Counted from the stretch's first letter, positions 18,268 through 28,907 are shown. The stretch: 38,268 bases of DNA from a virus (IMGVR_UViG_3300031924_000084:1-38268), one strand, 5' to 3'. Translations and numbers: made by a program. The notes: generated by a model from the letters alone, not told the origin.

Positions 18268-18614
18268 ATCCCATTAGCGCAGGCATGCTCTCGCGACGCA
18301 TCAAGGTGCAACGTCCGAGCACCATCAAAGACAGTCTAGGCGCTCCTTGTCGGACTTGGCTGGATGTCGCGACGGTATGGGCTGACATTCAACCCCTGTC
18401 GGGCAAAGAAGCCGTGATTGCCAACCGAATCTCTGCTGAATTGACGCATCAAATCGCGGTTCGATATCAGCCTGTATTTGACAACCCACAGCAAGTCGCA
18501 CAGATGCGTGTGCTCTATAAGTCCCGCATCTTCAACATTCACTCAGCTTTGAACGAAGACGAGAAGCGCACGCAGATCATCCTTCTAGTTTCGGAGGGTC
18601 TTGACGATGGCTAA
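18264..18614 (+). CDS. Head closure / head-tail adaptor
   Basis: AGMLSRRIKVQ...ATVWADIQPLSGKE...MRVLY..RIFNI motifs. Confidence 0.88.
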   Translation: MNPISAGMLSRRIKVQRPSTIKDSLGAPCRTWLDVATVWADIQPLSGKEAVIANRISAELTHQIAVRYQPVFDNPQQVAQMRVLYKSRIFNIHSALNEDEKRTQIILLVSEGLDDG

Positions 18615-19095
18615 GCATGAAATTGTCAAGATTGAAGGCTTGGCTGAGCTGGCCAAAGCGCTTCGCGAGTTGCCTGATCGGGTGGCTAAGAATGGACTTC
18701 GCGTCTGCGTCTATGCAGGTGCGAAGGTCATACGAGATGAAGCGAGGATGCGTGCACCAAAGGCTGCCGAGTCGCTGGGCCCAAACCAACCTCCGCCTGG
18801 CACTCTGAAACGATCGGTGATCATGAAGCACATCCCTGAGCTTTCAAGCCTCACTCGGCAAACCTTCTTCGTGACTGTGCGTCACGGCAAGAAGTACCGC
18901 AAGCAAGGCAAAAAAGGGAATCTGTCCCAAGACGCTTGGTACTGGCGCTTCATTGAGTTTGGCACTCGCAAGATACGAGCTCGACCATTTCTCAGACCCG
19001 CACTCGAAGCAAAGCGGCGTGAAGCTGTTCAAGCGATGAAGGACCGACTCAGCGATCGCATCGAACTAGAGGCCAAAGCGCTCAACAAGAAATAG
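18607..19095 (+). CDS. HK97 gp10-like tail completion protein
   Basis: IEGLAEL, GTLKRS, YWRFIEFGT, ARPFLRPA motifs. Confidence 0.9.
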   Translation: MAKHEIVKIEGLAELAKALRELPDRVAKNGLRVCVYAGAKVIRDEARMRAPKAAESLGPNQPPPGTLKRSVIMKHIPELSSLTRQTFFVTVRHGKKYRKQGKKGNLSQDAWYWRFIEFGTRKIRARPFLRPALEAKRREAVQAMKDRLSDRIELEAKALNKK

Positions 19096-19097
19096 CC

Positions 19098-19448
19098 ATG
19101 CAGGACTTCTACGACGCCATCAAAACTTTGGTGGCTGGGGAGGTTTATGCGCTTGTTGCCGCACAAGACGCTCAGTACCCAGCCATTGTTTACACGCCCA
19201 TAGTGCAAGAGCACATTTTTGGCCTCGATGGGCCGCATGGCTTGCAGCGCATTCGCATGCAAGTCGATACCTACGCCAGAACGTATCAAGAGGCATTGAG
19301 TCTGCACGACGAGATTCTTGAGACGTTGTTGGTCGACAAAAGCACCGTCGTCGATGTACGCATGGGGCTATCCGATTTTGAAGAACAGGCCCGGCTGTAC
19401 CGGGTGAGCGTGGACTACACCTATTTCCGACAGGTCAGTTCAACCTAA
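19098..19448 (+). CDS. Tail terminator (DUF3168-like)
   Basis: YPAIVY, RMQVDTYA, LYRVSVDY motifs; position before tail tube. Confidence 0.8.
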   Translation: MQDFYDAIKTLVAGEVYALVAAQDAQYPAIVYTPIVQEHIFGLDGPHGLQRIRMQVDTYARTYQEALSLHDEILETLLVDKSTVVDVRMGLSDFEEQARLYRVSVDYTYFRQVSST

Positions 19449-19462
19449 ACGTGGAGCTACAA

Positions 19463-19873
19463 ATGAGCAGCACAGCAATTACTGCACAGGGAATCACGAT
19501 TTCCCGATTTGGAACAACCGCCTTTGAAGTGATCCCCAACGTGGTGTCGTTTCAAGGACCTGGCGGTCAAGCCGCCGTGATCGATGTCACTAACCTGGCC
19601 TCTGCATCTAAAGAGAAGCGCGTGGGCTTGCGTGATGAAGGTCAGTTGACTTTGACCATGCACTACAACCCCGACGACACGATCCATCAAGGTCTGCGAA
19701 GTGATCGCGCCAATCGTGTGCGCCGTCAGTTCAAGTTGACGTTCACGGACACCGTGCCAGCGATTTGGACCTTCTACGGCTATGTCACCACCTTTAGCGT
19801 GCAAGGTGGTGTGGATGCTGTGGTGCAAGCGTCTGTGACGATTGAGATCGATGGCGAAATTACCGAAGCTTGA
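19463..19873 (+). CDS. Major tail tube protein
   Basis: IDVTNL...GLRDEGQLTL...WTFYGYV motifs; GGAG RBS; position. Confidence 0.85.
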   Translation: MSSTAITAQGITISRFGTTAFEVIPNVVSFQGPGGQAAVIDVTNLASASKEKRVGLRDEGQLTLTMHYNPDDTIHQGLRSDRANRVRRQFKLTFTDTVPAIWTFYGYVTTFSVQGGVDAVVQASVTIEIDGEITEA

Positions 19874-19886
19874 GAGGAAGAAACAC

Positions 19887-20225
19887 ATGTTGACGCGTGA
19901 ACAAATTTTGCAATGTGACGACTTACCCAAAGAAACAGTCAAAGTCCCCGAGTGGGGTGGTGAGGTGCAGGTGCGCACCATGACGGGAACAGATCGCGAT
20001 GCGTTTGAAGCCAGCTTGATTGGCAAAGAAGGCCGATTGGAAAACGTCCGCGCTCGCTTGGTCTCCTTGGCCGTGTGCGATGAATCGGGCAACCGCCTGT
20101 TTGGTGACGCAGACGTTGCTGCCTTGGGTGCCAAAAGCGCCAAGGCACTTGACCGGGTGTTTGCTGTGGCTCAGCGACTGAACGGCATTGGTGTTGAACA
20201 GGTCGAACAAGCAAAAAACGCCTAA
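19887..20225 (+). CDS. Tail assembly chaperone (lambda G-like)
   Basis: VKVPEWGGEVQVRTMTG motif; between tail tube and tape measure; ends in slippery A-AAA-AAC. Confidence 0.85.
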   Translation: MLTREQILQCDDLPKETVKVPEWGGEVQVRTMTGTDRDAFEASLIGKEGRLENVRARLVSLAVCDESGNRLFGDADVAALGAKSAKALDRVFAVAQRLNGIGVEQVEQAKNA

Positions 20226-20557
20226 AAACCCATCCGACCCGACGCTTTGCATTTCGCTTGGCACTGGCACTTGGGATGCCTGTGCGCGAGATGCTGGCTC
20301 GGATGGGCTCTGATGAGTTTTCAGAGTGGCTGGCTTTCTACCAACTGGAGCCCTTTGGGGACTACCGCGCTGATTACAGGTCGGGCGTGGTGGCATCCAC
20401 TTTTGCCAATGCGCACAGGGCCAAAGATGCGAGTCCCTTTAGACCTGAAGATTTCATGCCCTTCATGGAAAAACAAGCGACAACGCAAGACGTCAGTCTC
20501 AATGTGGCGAGGTTCAAGGCCATGTTTGCTCACAAGGTGAAGAAGAACAATGGCTGA
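20213..20557 (+). CDS. T segment of the G-T chaperone, reached by programmed -1 frameshift
   Basis: Heptamer A AAA AAC at 20213-20219; the -1 frame is open from there (RLKTHPTRRFAFRLALALGMPVREML...EWLAFYQLEPFG) to 20557. Confidence 0.85.
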   Translation, partial: KKRLKTHPTRRFAFRLALALGMPVREMLARMGSDEFSEWLAFYQLEPFGDYRADYRSGVVASTFANAHRAKDASPFRPEDFMPFMEKQATTQDVSLNVARFKAMFAHKVKKNNG

Positions 20558-22997
20558 TATTGGCTCCTTAGTTGTCAAACTCGCAGCTGAAACGGCAGAG
20601 TTTCGGGAAGATTTGGGCAAGAGTGCCCGACTTCTTGAAAAACATGCCGACGGCATGCGCTCTTCGCTCGAACGGGTGGCAGATGTGGCAAAGACCACCT
20701 TTGCCATTGCGATCGGGGTTGAGTCTGTTGGCGCACTCAAGGAGCTCATTGCTCACACGCTTGAATCCGTTGCTGCATTGCAAGACTTTGCCGAGCAAAC
20801 GGGTGCCAGTGCGGTCGCTTTGTCTGGTTTTGCCCCTGTAGCCACCATTTCTGGTGTGGCCATGGAGCAAATCAGCGTTGGTTTGACCAAACTCTCCAAG
20901 GGTCTGGCTGGTGTTGACGATGAAACCAAGGGTGCCAGCCAAGCGCTGGCTTACCTTGGCATCAAAGCTAAGGACTCTGGGGGCAATCTTCGCGACCCAG
21001 CGGAGGTGATGAACGACATTGCCTTAAAGCTCTCGGACTTTGAAGACGGTGCAGGCAAAACTGCGATCGCGCTTGAGTTGTTCGGCAAGTCAGGAGCAAC
21101 GCTGCTGCCATTCCTCAAAGACTTGGCTGCAAATCAGGATCTCAACATCCGAATGACTCAAGCGGAGATTGAATCCGCTGAGCAAGCGTCTAAAGCGCTC
21201 GGGCGTTTGAAGGCAGAGCACAACTTTGTGGCCCAGACCATCGTGACTGCAGCAATACCCGCTATGGAAGAGTTAGTTGGGCAACTCAAAGAAGTGGTTC
21301 TTGGGACGCACAACTCGGCTGAGGCCATGGTTCGTTTGCGCGATGACGGCACTCTGAAAGAGTGGGCGCAAGATGCTGCCGTTGGATTGGCGATCGTGAT
21401 TGATGCGATGCGTGGGCTGATCCAAATGGTCAAGTCTGTGATCGGAAGCTTTGAGGCCGTTTGGGCCGACATGGAGTTGCTCGGAACCTTCATTGCAGGG
21501 GGTAAGGGGCTTAATCCTTTTTCCGATGAGAACCAAGCTACGCTCAAGGCTGCACTTGAAAAGCGAAACGCGATTGTCGAAAAGGCCAACCAAAACTATG
21601 TTGAACTGTGGAAGATGCCGCTTCTCTCTGATGCGGTCAAGTCTCGATTTGATGCCATCAACAAAGGGGAATCAGATGCCACAGGTGGTGCATCTAAACC
21701 GAAGCTGAACTACAACTCAGCGACAGGCGCTCTCACCGCAGGAGCAATGGCTCAAATTGAGAGTGACATTAAAAAGCTTCAAGGTCTCACGGACGTTGAG
21801 AGCGGCATTCTCAAAGACCGTCAGAAGATCATTGATCTGTATGAGAGTCAAGGCTACATCAGCTACAAGGAAGCGAGTGAAGCAAGGCTAAACGCGCAGG
21901 ATGACTTCACGCAAAAGCTGGGTGACCTGTATGGGCAAGAGGAAACCATTCTCAAGCGGGGTCTTGCAACGGTTGCCAAAACCACTCAGGACAAACTCAA
22001 GCTTCAAGACAAACTGGCTGAAATCACACTACGTCGAGAAAAACTCGAACGTGATGCGCAACAGTCCAATCTAGAGCGCGAGATCAAACTGCCCGGCGAG
22101 ACGCTCAAGGACATCCAAGAGCAAGTCGCCAGAGGTCAAAACCAACTGCGAGCCACCGAAGAGCAGATCAAGGTGCTCAAAGATAGTGGTGCCATCAGCG
22201 AGGTGGAGTCGCTCAAACGTCTCTCGGCTGCACGCAAGTCCAGCGCAGATGAGTTGGCTGACTTTGCCGCAAAGGCAAGGGAGTTGGTGGAGGCTGCACC
22301 AGGCAACGACAAGTTGGCTGACTCCTTCAAGCGAATTGAGGAAGCGGCAAGGCAGGCCGCTGATGGTGCACAGCTTTTAGGCCAACGCGCATTCGAACTA
22401 GCAGATCCCGGTGCAGGGTTTTCTAAAGCGTTGCGAACCCTTAGGGAAGAGACCGAGCAAGTGGGAAAGCAAATGGAGGCAGTGACCACCAGAGCCTTCA
22501 ACGGCATGACCGATGCGCTGACCAACTTCGTGATGACAGGAAAGCTTGATTTCCGAACCCTTGCAACGTCGATCATTTCGGACTTGATTCGAATTCAGAT
22601 CCAACGCGCCATCACCTTGCCAATGGCGAATGCCTTGGGCGGGATGTTTGGATTTGCAAATGGTGGCGTGATGACATCAGCTGGCCCATTGCCATTGCGC
22701 ACCTATGCAGGTGGCGGGGTTGCATCCTCGCCTCAATTGGCTGTGTTTGGTGAAGGCTCCATGAATGAGGCGTATGTCCCATTGCCTGATGGCCGCTCAA
22801 TTCCCGTCACCATGCGCCAAGGTGGCTCGGGTGGTGGGGATGTTTTCAACATCTCGGTCAACGTGGCTGAGGGTGGAACTACTTCTACGGCTGGCCAAGG
22901 CCAAGACTTAGGTCGCGCTATCTCTAGCGCAGTGCGTCAAGAGTTGCTCAACCAAAAGCGAGCTGGCGGCTTGCTTGATCCCCGAAGAATGGGGTGA
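20550..22997 (+). CDS. Tail tape measure protein (lambda-like C-terminal region)
   Basis: 815 aa, Ala/Leu/Glu/Lys-rich helical; MADIGSLVVKL start; GKLDFRTLATSIISDL and ELLNQKRAGGLL C-terminal motifs. Confidence 0.93.
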   Translation: MADIGSLVVKLAAETAEFREDLGKSARLLEKHADGMRSSLERVADVAKTTFAIAIGVESVGALKELIAHTLESVAALQDFAEQTGASAVALSGFAPVATISGVAMEQISVGLTKLSKGLAGVDDETKGASQALAYLGIKAKDSGGNLRDPAEVMNDIALKLSDFEDGAGKTAIALELFGKSGATLLPFLKDLAANQDLNIRMTQAEIESAEQASKALGRLKAEHNFVAQTIVTAAIPAMEELVGQLKEVVLGTHNSAEAMVRLRDDGTLKEWAQDAAVGLAIVIDAMRGLIQMVKSVIGSFEAVWADMELLGTFIAGGKGLNPFSDENQATLKAALEKRNAIVEKANQNYVELWKMPLLSDAVKSRFDAINKGESDATGGASKPKLNYNSATGALTAGAMAQIESDIKKLQGLTDVESGILKDRQKIIDLYESQGYISYKEASEARLNAQDDFTQKLGDLYGQEETILKRGLATVAKTTQDKLKLQDKLAEITLRREKLERDAQQSNLEREIKLPGETLKDIQEQVARGQNQLRATEEQIKVLKDSGAISEVESLKRLSAARKSSADELADFAAKARELVEAAPGNDKLADSFKRIEEAARQAADGAQLLGQRAFELADPGAGFSKALRTLREETEQVGKQMEAVTTRAFNGMTDALTNFVMTGKLDFRTLATSIISDLIRIQIQRAITLPMANALGGMFGFANGGVMTSAGPLPLRTYAGGGVASSPQLAVFGEGSMNEAYVPLPDGRSIPVTMRQGGSGGGDVFNISVNVAEGGTTSTAGQGQDLGRAISSAVRQELLNQKRAGGLLDPRRMG

Positions 22998-23021
22998 TGA
23001 GACTGAATCAAGGAACTTTCG

Positions 23022-23360
23022 ATGGCTACCTTCACATGGATTCCATCCATCGGGGCTTCACTCACCGTTAAACCAAATGTGCGACGGGTCTCCTTTGGAG
23101 ATGGCTACGAGCAACGCTTGGCATACGGCATCAACACGCAGCCTGAAGTCTGGTCACTGGAGTTTCGGGGTAAGTCCACCAGTGACGCATCTGCCATCGA
23201 TAGCTTCTTACGTGCCCGAGGTGCGGTTCAAGCATTCGATTGGACAACGCCAAGCGGCCTCACGGGCAAATTCACCTGTGAGGAGTGGAGTCGCACGATT
23301 GAAGAGCCCAACATCGAAAACATACGCGCCACCTTCAAGCAGGTGTTTGATTTGTCATGA
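23022..23360 (+). CDS. Minor tail protein M-like (distal tail)
   Basis: FGDGYEQR, FLRARGAVQAFDWTTP, ATFKQVF. Confidence 0.9.
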   Translation: MATFTWIPSIGASLTVKPNVRRVSFGDGYEQRLAYGINTQPEVWSLEFRGKSTSDASAIDSFLRARGAVQAFDWTTPSGLTGKFTCEEWSRTIEEPNIENIRATFKQVFDLS

Positions 23361-24061
23361 CCTCACAAGCCATCACAACCGAAATCCAACGCCTAGCACC
23401 GAGTGCAGTCATCGAGTTGTTTGTTCTGGACCTGAGTCTCTTCAATGAAGGGGTCGTGCGCTTTCATGCGGGGACAAATGAGTTGCGCAGACAGGTGGTC
23501 TGGCAAGGCAATGCCTACGAGCCGTTTCCGATTCAGGCCGATGGCTTTGAGTTCAACGGCAATGGGCAAGTGCCAAGGCCAAAGCTCAAAGTGGCCAACG
23601 TCGCTGGCAGTATCACTGCTTTGATCTTGTCGTATCAAGACCTGGTGGGAGCCAAGATCACTCGCAAGCGCACCTTGGTCAAGTATCTAGACGGAGTGAA
23701 CTTTGCCAGCGGCACCAACTCAACGGCGGATGCAAGTGCGGAGTTTGCGGATGACGTCTATTACATCGATCGCAAGTCTCGCGAAACGCGTGATGTGGTC
23801 GAGTTCGAACTGGCAGCATCTTTTGACTTAGAGGGCGTGTCGTTGCCGCGCAGACAGATTGTGCAAAACGTATGCCCTTGGGGCTATCGAAGCTCAGAGT
23901 GTGGCTACACGGGCACGGCGTATTTCAACGCCAATGATGTGTCCGTTTCTTTGAAATCCCAAGACGCTTGTGGCAAGCGACTGAGTTCTTGCCAAAAGCG
24001 ATTTGGCTCCAATGCGGAGCTTCCCTTTGGCGGGTTCCCTGCTGCTGGATTGATACGGTGA
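23357..24061 (+). CDS. Minor tail protein L-like
   Basis: WQGNAYEPFPI, PKLKVAN, CPWGYRSSECGY...CGKRLSSCQKRF (four conserved Cys), FGGFP. Confidence 0.92.
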   Translation: MTSQAITTEIQRLAPSAVIELFVLDLSLFNEGVVRFHAGTNELRRQVVWQGNAYEPFPIQADGFEFNGNGQVPRPKLKVANVAGSITALILSYQDLVGAKITRKRTLVKYLDGVNFASGTNSTADASAEFADDVYYIDRKSRETRDVVEFELAASFDLEGVSLPRRQIVQNVCPWGYRSSECGYTGTAYFNANDVSVSLKSQDACGKRLSSCQKRFGSNAELPFGGFPAAGLIR

Positions 24062-24070
24062 TGTTTGCTG

Positions 24071-24778
24071 ATGCTTGAATCCAATAAACAACTGGCCTTT
24101 GAGCATGCAGCGCGTGAATTTCCACGCGAGTCTTGCGGCTTGCTCGTCATCCGCAAAGGCAAGGAGAGCTACGTTGCGTGTCAGAACATTGGTGTGGGGA
24201 CTGATCAATTTGTGATTTACCCTGTGGACTATGCCAAAGCAGACAAGCTTGGGCAGATTGTTGGGGTCGTTCACTCGCACCCCAATATGCCTGGGACACC
24301 AAGCCAAGCTGACCGTGTGGCCTGTGAGGCCAGTGGTATTCCTTGGTTCATCGTCTCCTATCCCAATGGGATGTGGGAAGAGATCGAGCCGCAGGGGTAT
24401 GTGGCCCCGCTGGTTGGGAGGGAGTGGTCCCACGGCGTTCTGGACTGCTATTCACTCATTCGAGATTGGTATGCCCACGAGATGAAGGTCATCTTGCCCG
24501 ACTACCAACGCTTTGACGACTGGTGGAAGCGAGGTGAGAACCTCTACCTCGATAACTTTGCACATGCGGGTTTTGACGTTGCCAGTTCAGATGGCTTAAG
24601 CGAAGGCGATGTCTTGCTGATGCAGGTGAATTCGGAAGTTCCGAATCATGCGGCCATTTACTTGGGCGATGGACTGATCTTGCATCACCTTCAAGGACGC
24701 TTATCGAGCCGCGATGTTTATGGCGGCTATTGGCAAAAGATCACAACACACATTCTTCGACATCAGTCACAACGGTAA
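24071..24778 (+). CDS. Tail tip assembly protein K-like (JAB/MPN + NlpC/P60)
   Basis: ESCG, VHSHP...SQAD, DCYSLIRDWY, NHAAIYLG..ILHH. Confidence 0.92.
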   Translation: MLESNKQLAFEHAAREFPRESCGLLVIRKGKESYVACQNIGVGTDQFVIYPVDYAKADKLGQIVGVVHSHPNMPGTPSQADRVACEASGIPWFIVSYPNGMWEEIEPQGYVAPLVGREWSHGVLDCYSLIRDWYAHEMKVILPDYQRFDDWWKRGENLYLDNFAHAGFDVASSDGLSEGDVLLMQVNSEVPNHAAIYLGDGLILHHLQGRLSSRDVYGGYWQKITTHILRHQSQR

Positions 24779-25371
24779 TGGCAACCATCATTCTTCTCGG
24801 CGAACTAGGGCGACAGTTCGGTCGCCGACACAAGATGGTGGTGGCAAGCGCAGCAGAGGCCGTGCGTGCATTGAGTGCCAACTTCCCAACTTTTGAGCGT
24901 GAGTTGGTGAGCTCTGGTGAGCGCGGGGTTGGCTACAAAGTCCTGGTTGGCCGAGATGAACTCAATCTTGAGCGTTTGCATGAACCTAGTGGCCAGCAGC
25001 GCATCACGATTGCGCCCGTCATCTCGGGTGCTGGCGGCAATGGTCTCGGGCAAATCATCCTTGGCGCTGCTTTGATTGCCGTTGCTTGGTGGAACCCCAT
25101 GGGATGGGCTGCGGCAGGAAGTTTCTTGTCGCAAGCCACGCTGTATTCGGTGGGCACATCCATGATTCTTGGCGGTGTTGCTCAGATGATCGCTCCAACG
25201 CCTAAATCCTCAGACCCTTCAGAGCGGCCAGAGAACAAGCCTAGCTATGCATTCAATGGTGCAGTCAATACGACTGCGCAAGGTCAGCCAGTGCCTGTGG
25301 GCTACGGACGCTTGATTGTGGGATCCGCTGTCATCAGCGCAGGGATTGATGTGGACGAGGTGCCTGTATGA
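24778..25371 (+). CDS. Tail assembly protein I-like
   Basis: LGELGRQFGR, AEAVRAL, NTTAQGQPVPVGYGRLIVGS; TAATG coupling. Confidence 0.92.
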   Translation: MATIILLGELGRQFGRRHKMVVASAAEAVRALSANFPTFERELVSSGERGVGYKVLVGRDELNLERLHEPSGQQRITIAPVISGAGGNGLGQIILGAALIAVAWWNPMGWAAAGSFLSQATLYSVGTSMILGGVAQMIAPTPKSSDPSERPENKPSYAFNGAVNTTAQGQPVPVGYGRLIVGSAVISAGIDVDEVPV

Positions 25372-28300
25372 GTGAATCGATCACCGAATCTATAACCGAA
25401 CCTATGGGCCAACCTTCACTCATCATTGGTGCAGGCGGTGGTGGCAAAGGTGGCGGGGGGAGTGCAAGGGTTGCACAAGAGGCCCCCGATAGCCTGCGCT
25501 CCAAAGCCTTCGCTCGCGTAGTGGATTTGGTGTGCGAGGGAGAAATCCAAGGGCTGGCCAATGGCCTGAAGTCTGTCTATCTTGATGACACGGCCATTCA
25601 AAATGCCGATGGCAGCTACAACTTCGCGGGCGTAACGCTAGAAACTCGCAACGGAACGCAACAGCAAAGCTACATCCCCGGTTTCTCATCGGTTGAGAAC
25701 GAGGTGGCTGTGGGTGTTGAATGCAAGTTCAATCAACCCGTCGTTCGCGCCATCACCGATCCGGATGTGGACGCTGTTCGTATCAAGATCAGTTTTCCGG
25801 CGCTGACCTATCAAGACGCTACCAATGGCGACTTGAGTGGCACAACCGTGGACTTTGCGATCGATGTGCAAAGCAACGGCGGTGGTTATTCGCAGGTGGT
25901 GGCTGACTCGGTTTCGGGAAAAACTACTACCAAATACCAACGCAGCTACTACATCCCACTCAATGGTTCTGCACCATGGGATGTGCGATTGCGTCGCATC
26001 ACAGAGGACTCAACCAAGACCAACATCCAGAACAAGACATTTCTGGAGTCCTACACCGAAGTCATTGAGAGCAAGCTTCGCTACCCAAACAGCGCCTTGA
26101 TGGCATTGCGCGTTGATGCCTCGCAGTTCAGTTCTATCCCGAAGCGCAGCTATGACTTGAAGCTGCTTCGGGTTCGCATACCGTCTAACTACTATCCCGA
26201 AACGCGCTCATATTCGGGCGTGTGGGATGGCACGTTCAAAGTCGCATGGACGGACAACCCCGCGTGGTGTTTTTATGACCTTGTGACAAGCACACGATAT
26301 GGGCTGGGTAACTACATCCCAGAGGCACAGGTCGACAAGTGGGCTCTGTATCGCGTGGCTCGTTATTGCGATGAATTGGTGCTCAACGGGTTAGGAAGCT
26401 ACGAGCCTCGGTTCACCTGTAACCTGTATCTCCAGACAAGAGAGCAGGCTTACAAGGTCGTGCAGGACATGGCCTCGATCTTCAGGGGCATGGCGTATTG
26501 GTCTGGCGGTGCCATCACCGTGACCCAAGATGCACCGCAAGATGCGGTCTATCAATTCACGGCTGCCAACGTCATCGATGGTGACTTCTCTTACCAAGGC
26601 TCATCTGCCAAAGCGCGTCACACTGTGGCGTTGGTGAGTTGGATTGACCCGGATGATTTCTACCGCCAAAAGGTGGAATACGTTGAGGATGTCGATGGCA
26701 TTGCCCGCTACGGGGTGGTGCAAGCTGATGTTGTGGCCATGGGATGCACATCCCGAGGTCAAGCCAACAGAGTTGGTAAGTGGTTGCTCTACTCAGAGCA
26801 GTCCGAGTCGGAAATCATCACGTTTCGCACAGGACTTGAAGGTGCGGTGGTGCGTCCAGGGGACGTCATCAAAGTGGCTGATGCTAGCCGTGGGGGATTG
26901 CGACTCGGTGGGCGAATTTCAGCGGCCACAACTGTGACCGTGACGCTCGACCAAGACCCACCTGCAGGTTCGTGGCGGATTTCAGTCATCACGCCAGCAG
27001 GGTTTGTGGAAGAGCGCCAGGTTGGATCTTTCAGCGGTCGAACGCTAGGTGTGACCAGTGCGTTTTCTGCGGCACCTCAACCGGGGGCGATTTGGGTCTT
27101 GGCCTCAAGTCAGGTCGAGGCACAACTCTTTCGGGTGGTGCAAGTTGCTGAGAGTGAGCCGGGCATCCATGAGGTTACAGCCCTTGCGCACAACCCAAGC
27201 AAGTACGCTGCGATTGAGCAGGGCTTGGCGCTGCAACCTCGTGACATCACGGTGCTGTCGACCACCCCAGCAACCCCGACAGGCTTGAAGGTGTCTGAGA
27301 GCCTGTATCGGGTCAAGGATCAAGCGCTCGTATTGATTCAGGTGGCGTGGGAGCAGGTCTTTGGTGCGCTTGAGTATCAGGTGAGCTATCGGGTCAATGG
27401 CGGCAACACCGTCACCTTGCCTCGGGTGTCCACCAGTTATCTGGAAATTCGTAATGCCGAAACTGGAGACTATGTCTTCACGGTCAAGGCCGTTGGCGTT
27501 TCAGGGAAGCTTGGTAACGGCGCAACACTAGCTCAAACCATTCTGGGAAAACTGCAGCCCCCCGACGATGTGCAAGATTTCCTTGTTTATCGCCGAACAA
27601 CGGACTTACTCCTCAAGTGGGCAGCGAACTCAGATGCTGACTTGGCAGGATACGAGGTTCGTGTGGGCTCGGGTTGGGACTCAGGCGTATTGGTTGGCCA
27701 AACCGCAGGCACGCAGCTTGTTCATGACCAAAGTGAATCTGGCCAGTACAACTACTTCATCCGTGCGTTTGATACCTCTGGCAAGTACAGCACGCATGTC
27801 ACGACCTTTCAGCTGACTTTGCTCGCCCCATCGTCGGTGAGGCAGTTTGATGTGGTCCAGTCAGCGAACCGTCTTGAGTTTCGATGGCTGCCCAACCCAG
27901 AGTCTGAGGTTGTGGCTTACGAACTCAGGGAAGGGGGAGCCTGGGACACCTCCATCTTCGTTGCAGAGGTGAAGTCCAGTAGCTACACCTTGCCATCGGG
28001 CTTCGATGGTGAGCGCAAGTTCTGGATAAAGGCGATTGCTTCTCCTGGCATCTACTCGGACGAAGCCACCTTTGTCTCGACGGTGGTGGCTCAACCGCAA
28101 AACGCCAACCTACTGGTGACCATGGATGCGCAAGCGACAAGGTTTCCGGGGATCAAGCACTTTGCCTCTGTGGAGTCCGTCAACAGCCTCGATGTGCTTC
28201 GCATGGACAGCGGCGTGAGCCAGTCTGAATATCTGTTCGAGGTGAACCTTCCGACCAGTTATCGGGCTCAGAACACCTTGTTGGCCAGCATTGGTGCAAC

Positions 28301-28907
28301 GCTTGATGACCGCGAAACATGGAGTACGGCCAACTATGCGTGGAACAGCCAAGCGGCCAAACGTCAATGGACCTATGACGGGGCGCTCAAGAGCATTGAG
28401 GCGCGATTCCAAATAGCGCGTGAAGACACATTGCAGTCTGGCGAGATTTATGGATGGCGCCTCAACGGTGTGCTAAGCGGTTACGGCAGTCCAACGAGTG
28501 GGGATGCCTCAGGCGTGAGTTACGGTGATGGTCGCTACGGGACTGGTGTGTTGATCAAGGACACCACCAAAGTGTCATGGGGCGTTCGCATACCGGGCGT
28601 GTTTCATGTGAGCTTTTGGTTCATCCCCAATCAAGTCACAACATCGGTGATCTGGAGCGCTTCTGGTACGGGGGTGAGTTTGTGCGTCGGATATGACGCT
28701 GCAAACCAAGTGTTCTTCCTTGAAGATCACCTGTTCAATCGCATCCAAGTCCCATACCCCGTCAATGTGAGTGACCGCATTTGTGTCGGGGTGTGTCAAA
28801 CAGCTACAGAGCGCAGGCTCTTTATCGGAAAGATGGGTGGGGATGTGCAAAGCGCTAGCAGCTCAATGACACCTACAGCGGGCTACACCGCACTCAAGCT
28901 TTACTGA
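25368..28907 (+). CDS. Tail tip / host specificity protein J-like with FN3-like repeats and a possible LamG-like C-terminus
   Basis: DLVCEGEIQGL, WTDNPAWC, EPRFTCN, GCTSRGQANR J motifs; two related W...YE[VL]R.G..WD blocks; beta-rich C-terminus (FHVSFWF). Confidence 0.92.
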   Translation: MSESITESITEPMGQPSLIIGAGGGGKGGGGSARVAQEAPDSLRSKAFARVVDLVCEGEIQGLANGLKSVYLDDTAIQNADGSYNFAGVTLETRNGTQQQSYIPGFSSVENEVAVGVECKFNQPVVRAITDPDVDAVRIKISFPALTYQDATNGDLSGTTVDFAIDVQSNGGGYSQVVADSVSGKTTTKYQRSYYIPLNGSAPWDVRLRRITEDSTKTNIQNKTFLESYTEVIESKLRYPNSALMALRVDASQFSSIPKRSYDLKLLRVRIPSNYYPETRSYSGVWDGTFKVAWTDNPAWCFYDLVTSTRYGLGNYIPEAQVDKWALYRVARYCDELVLNGLGSYEPRFTCNLYLQTREQAYKVVQDMASIFRGMAYWSGGAITVTQDAPQDAVYQFTAANVIDGDFSYQGSSAKARHTVALVSWIDPDDFYRQKVEYVEDVDGIARYGVVQADVVAMGCTSRGQANRVGKWLLYSEQSESEIITFRTGLEGAVVRPGDVIKVADASRGGLRLGGRISAATTVTVTLDQDPPAGSWRISVITPAGFVEERQVGSFSGRTLGVTSAFSAAPQPGAIWVLASSQVEAQLFRVVQVAESEPGIHEVTALAHNPSKYAAIEQGLALQPRDITVLSTTPATPTGLKVSESLYRVKDQALVLIQVAWEQVFGALEYQVSYRVNGGNTVTLPRVSTSYLEIRNAETGDYVFTVKAVGVSGKLGNGATLAQTILGKLQPPDDVQDFLVYRRTTDLLLKWAANSDADLAGYEVRVGSGWDSGVLVGQTAGTQLVHDQSESGQYNYFIRAFDTSGKYSTHVTTFQLTLLAPSSVRQFDVVQSANRLEFRWLPNPESEVVAYELREGGAWDTSIFVAEVKSSSYTLPSGFDGERKFWIKAIASPGIYSDEATFVSTVVAQPQNANLLVTMDAQATRFPGIKHFASVESVNSLDVLRMDSGVSQSEYLFEVNLPTSYRAQNTLLASIGATLDDRETWSTANYAWNSQAAKRQWTYDGALKSIEARFQIAREDTLQSGEIYGWRLNGVLSGYGSPTSGDASGVSYGDGRYGTGVLIKDTTKVSWGVRIPGVFHVSFWFIPNQVTTSVIWSASGTGVSLCVGYDAANQVFFLEDHLFNRIQVPYPVNVSDRICVGVCQTATERRLFIGKMGGDVQSASSSMTPTAGYTALKLY

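Noticed and set aside
19457-20143. 228-aa minus-strand ORF over tail tube and chaperone
   Set aside because: Antisense to conserved structural genes; no motif support.
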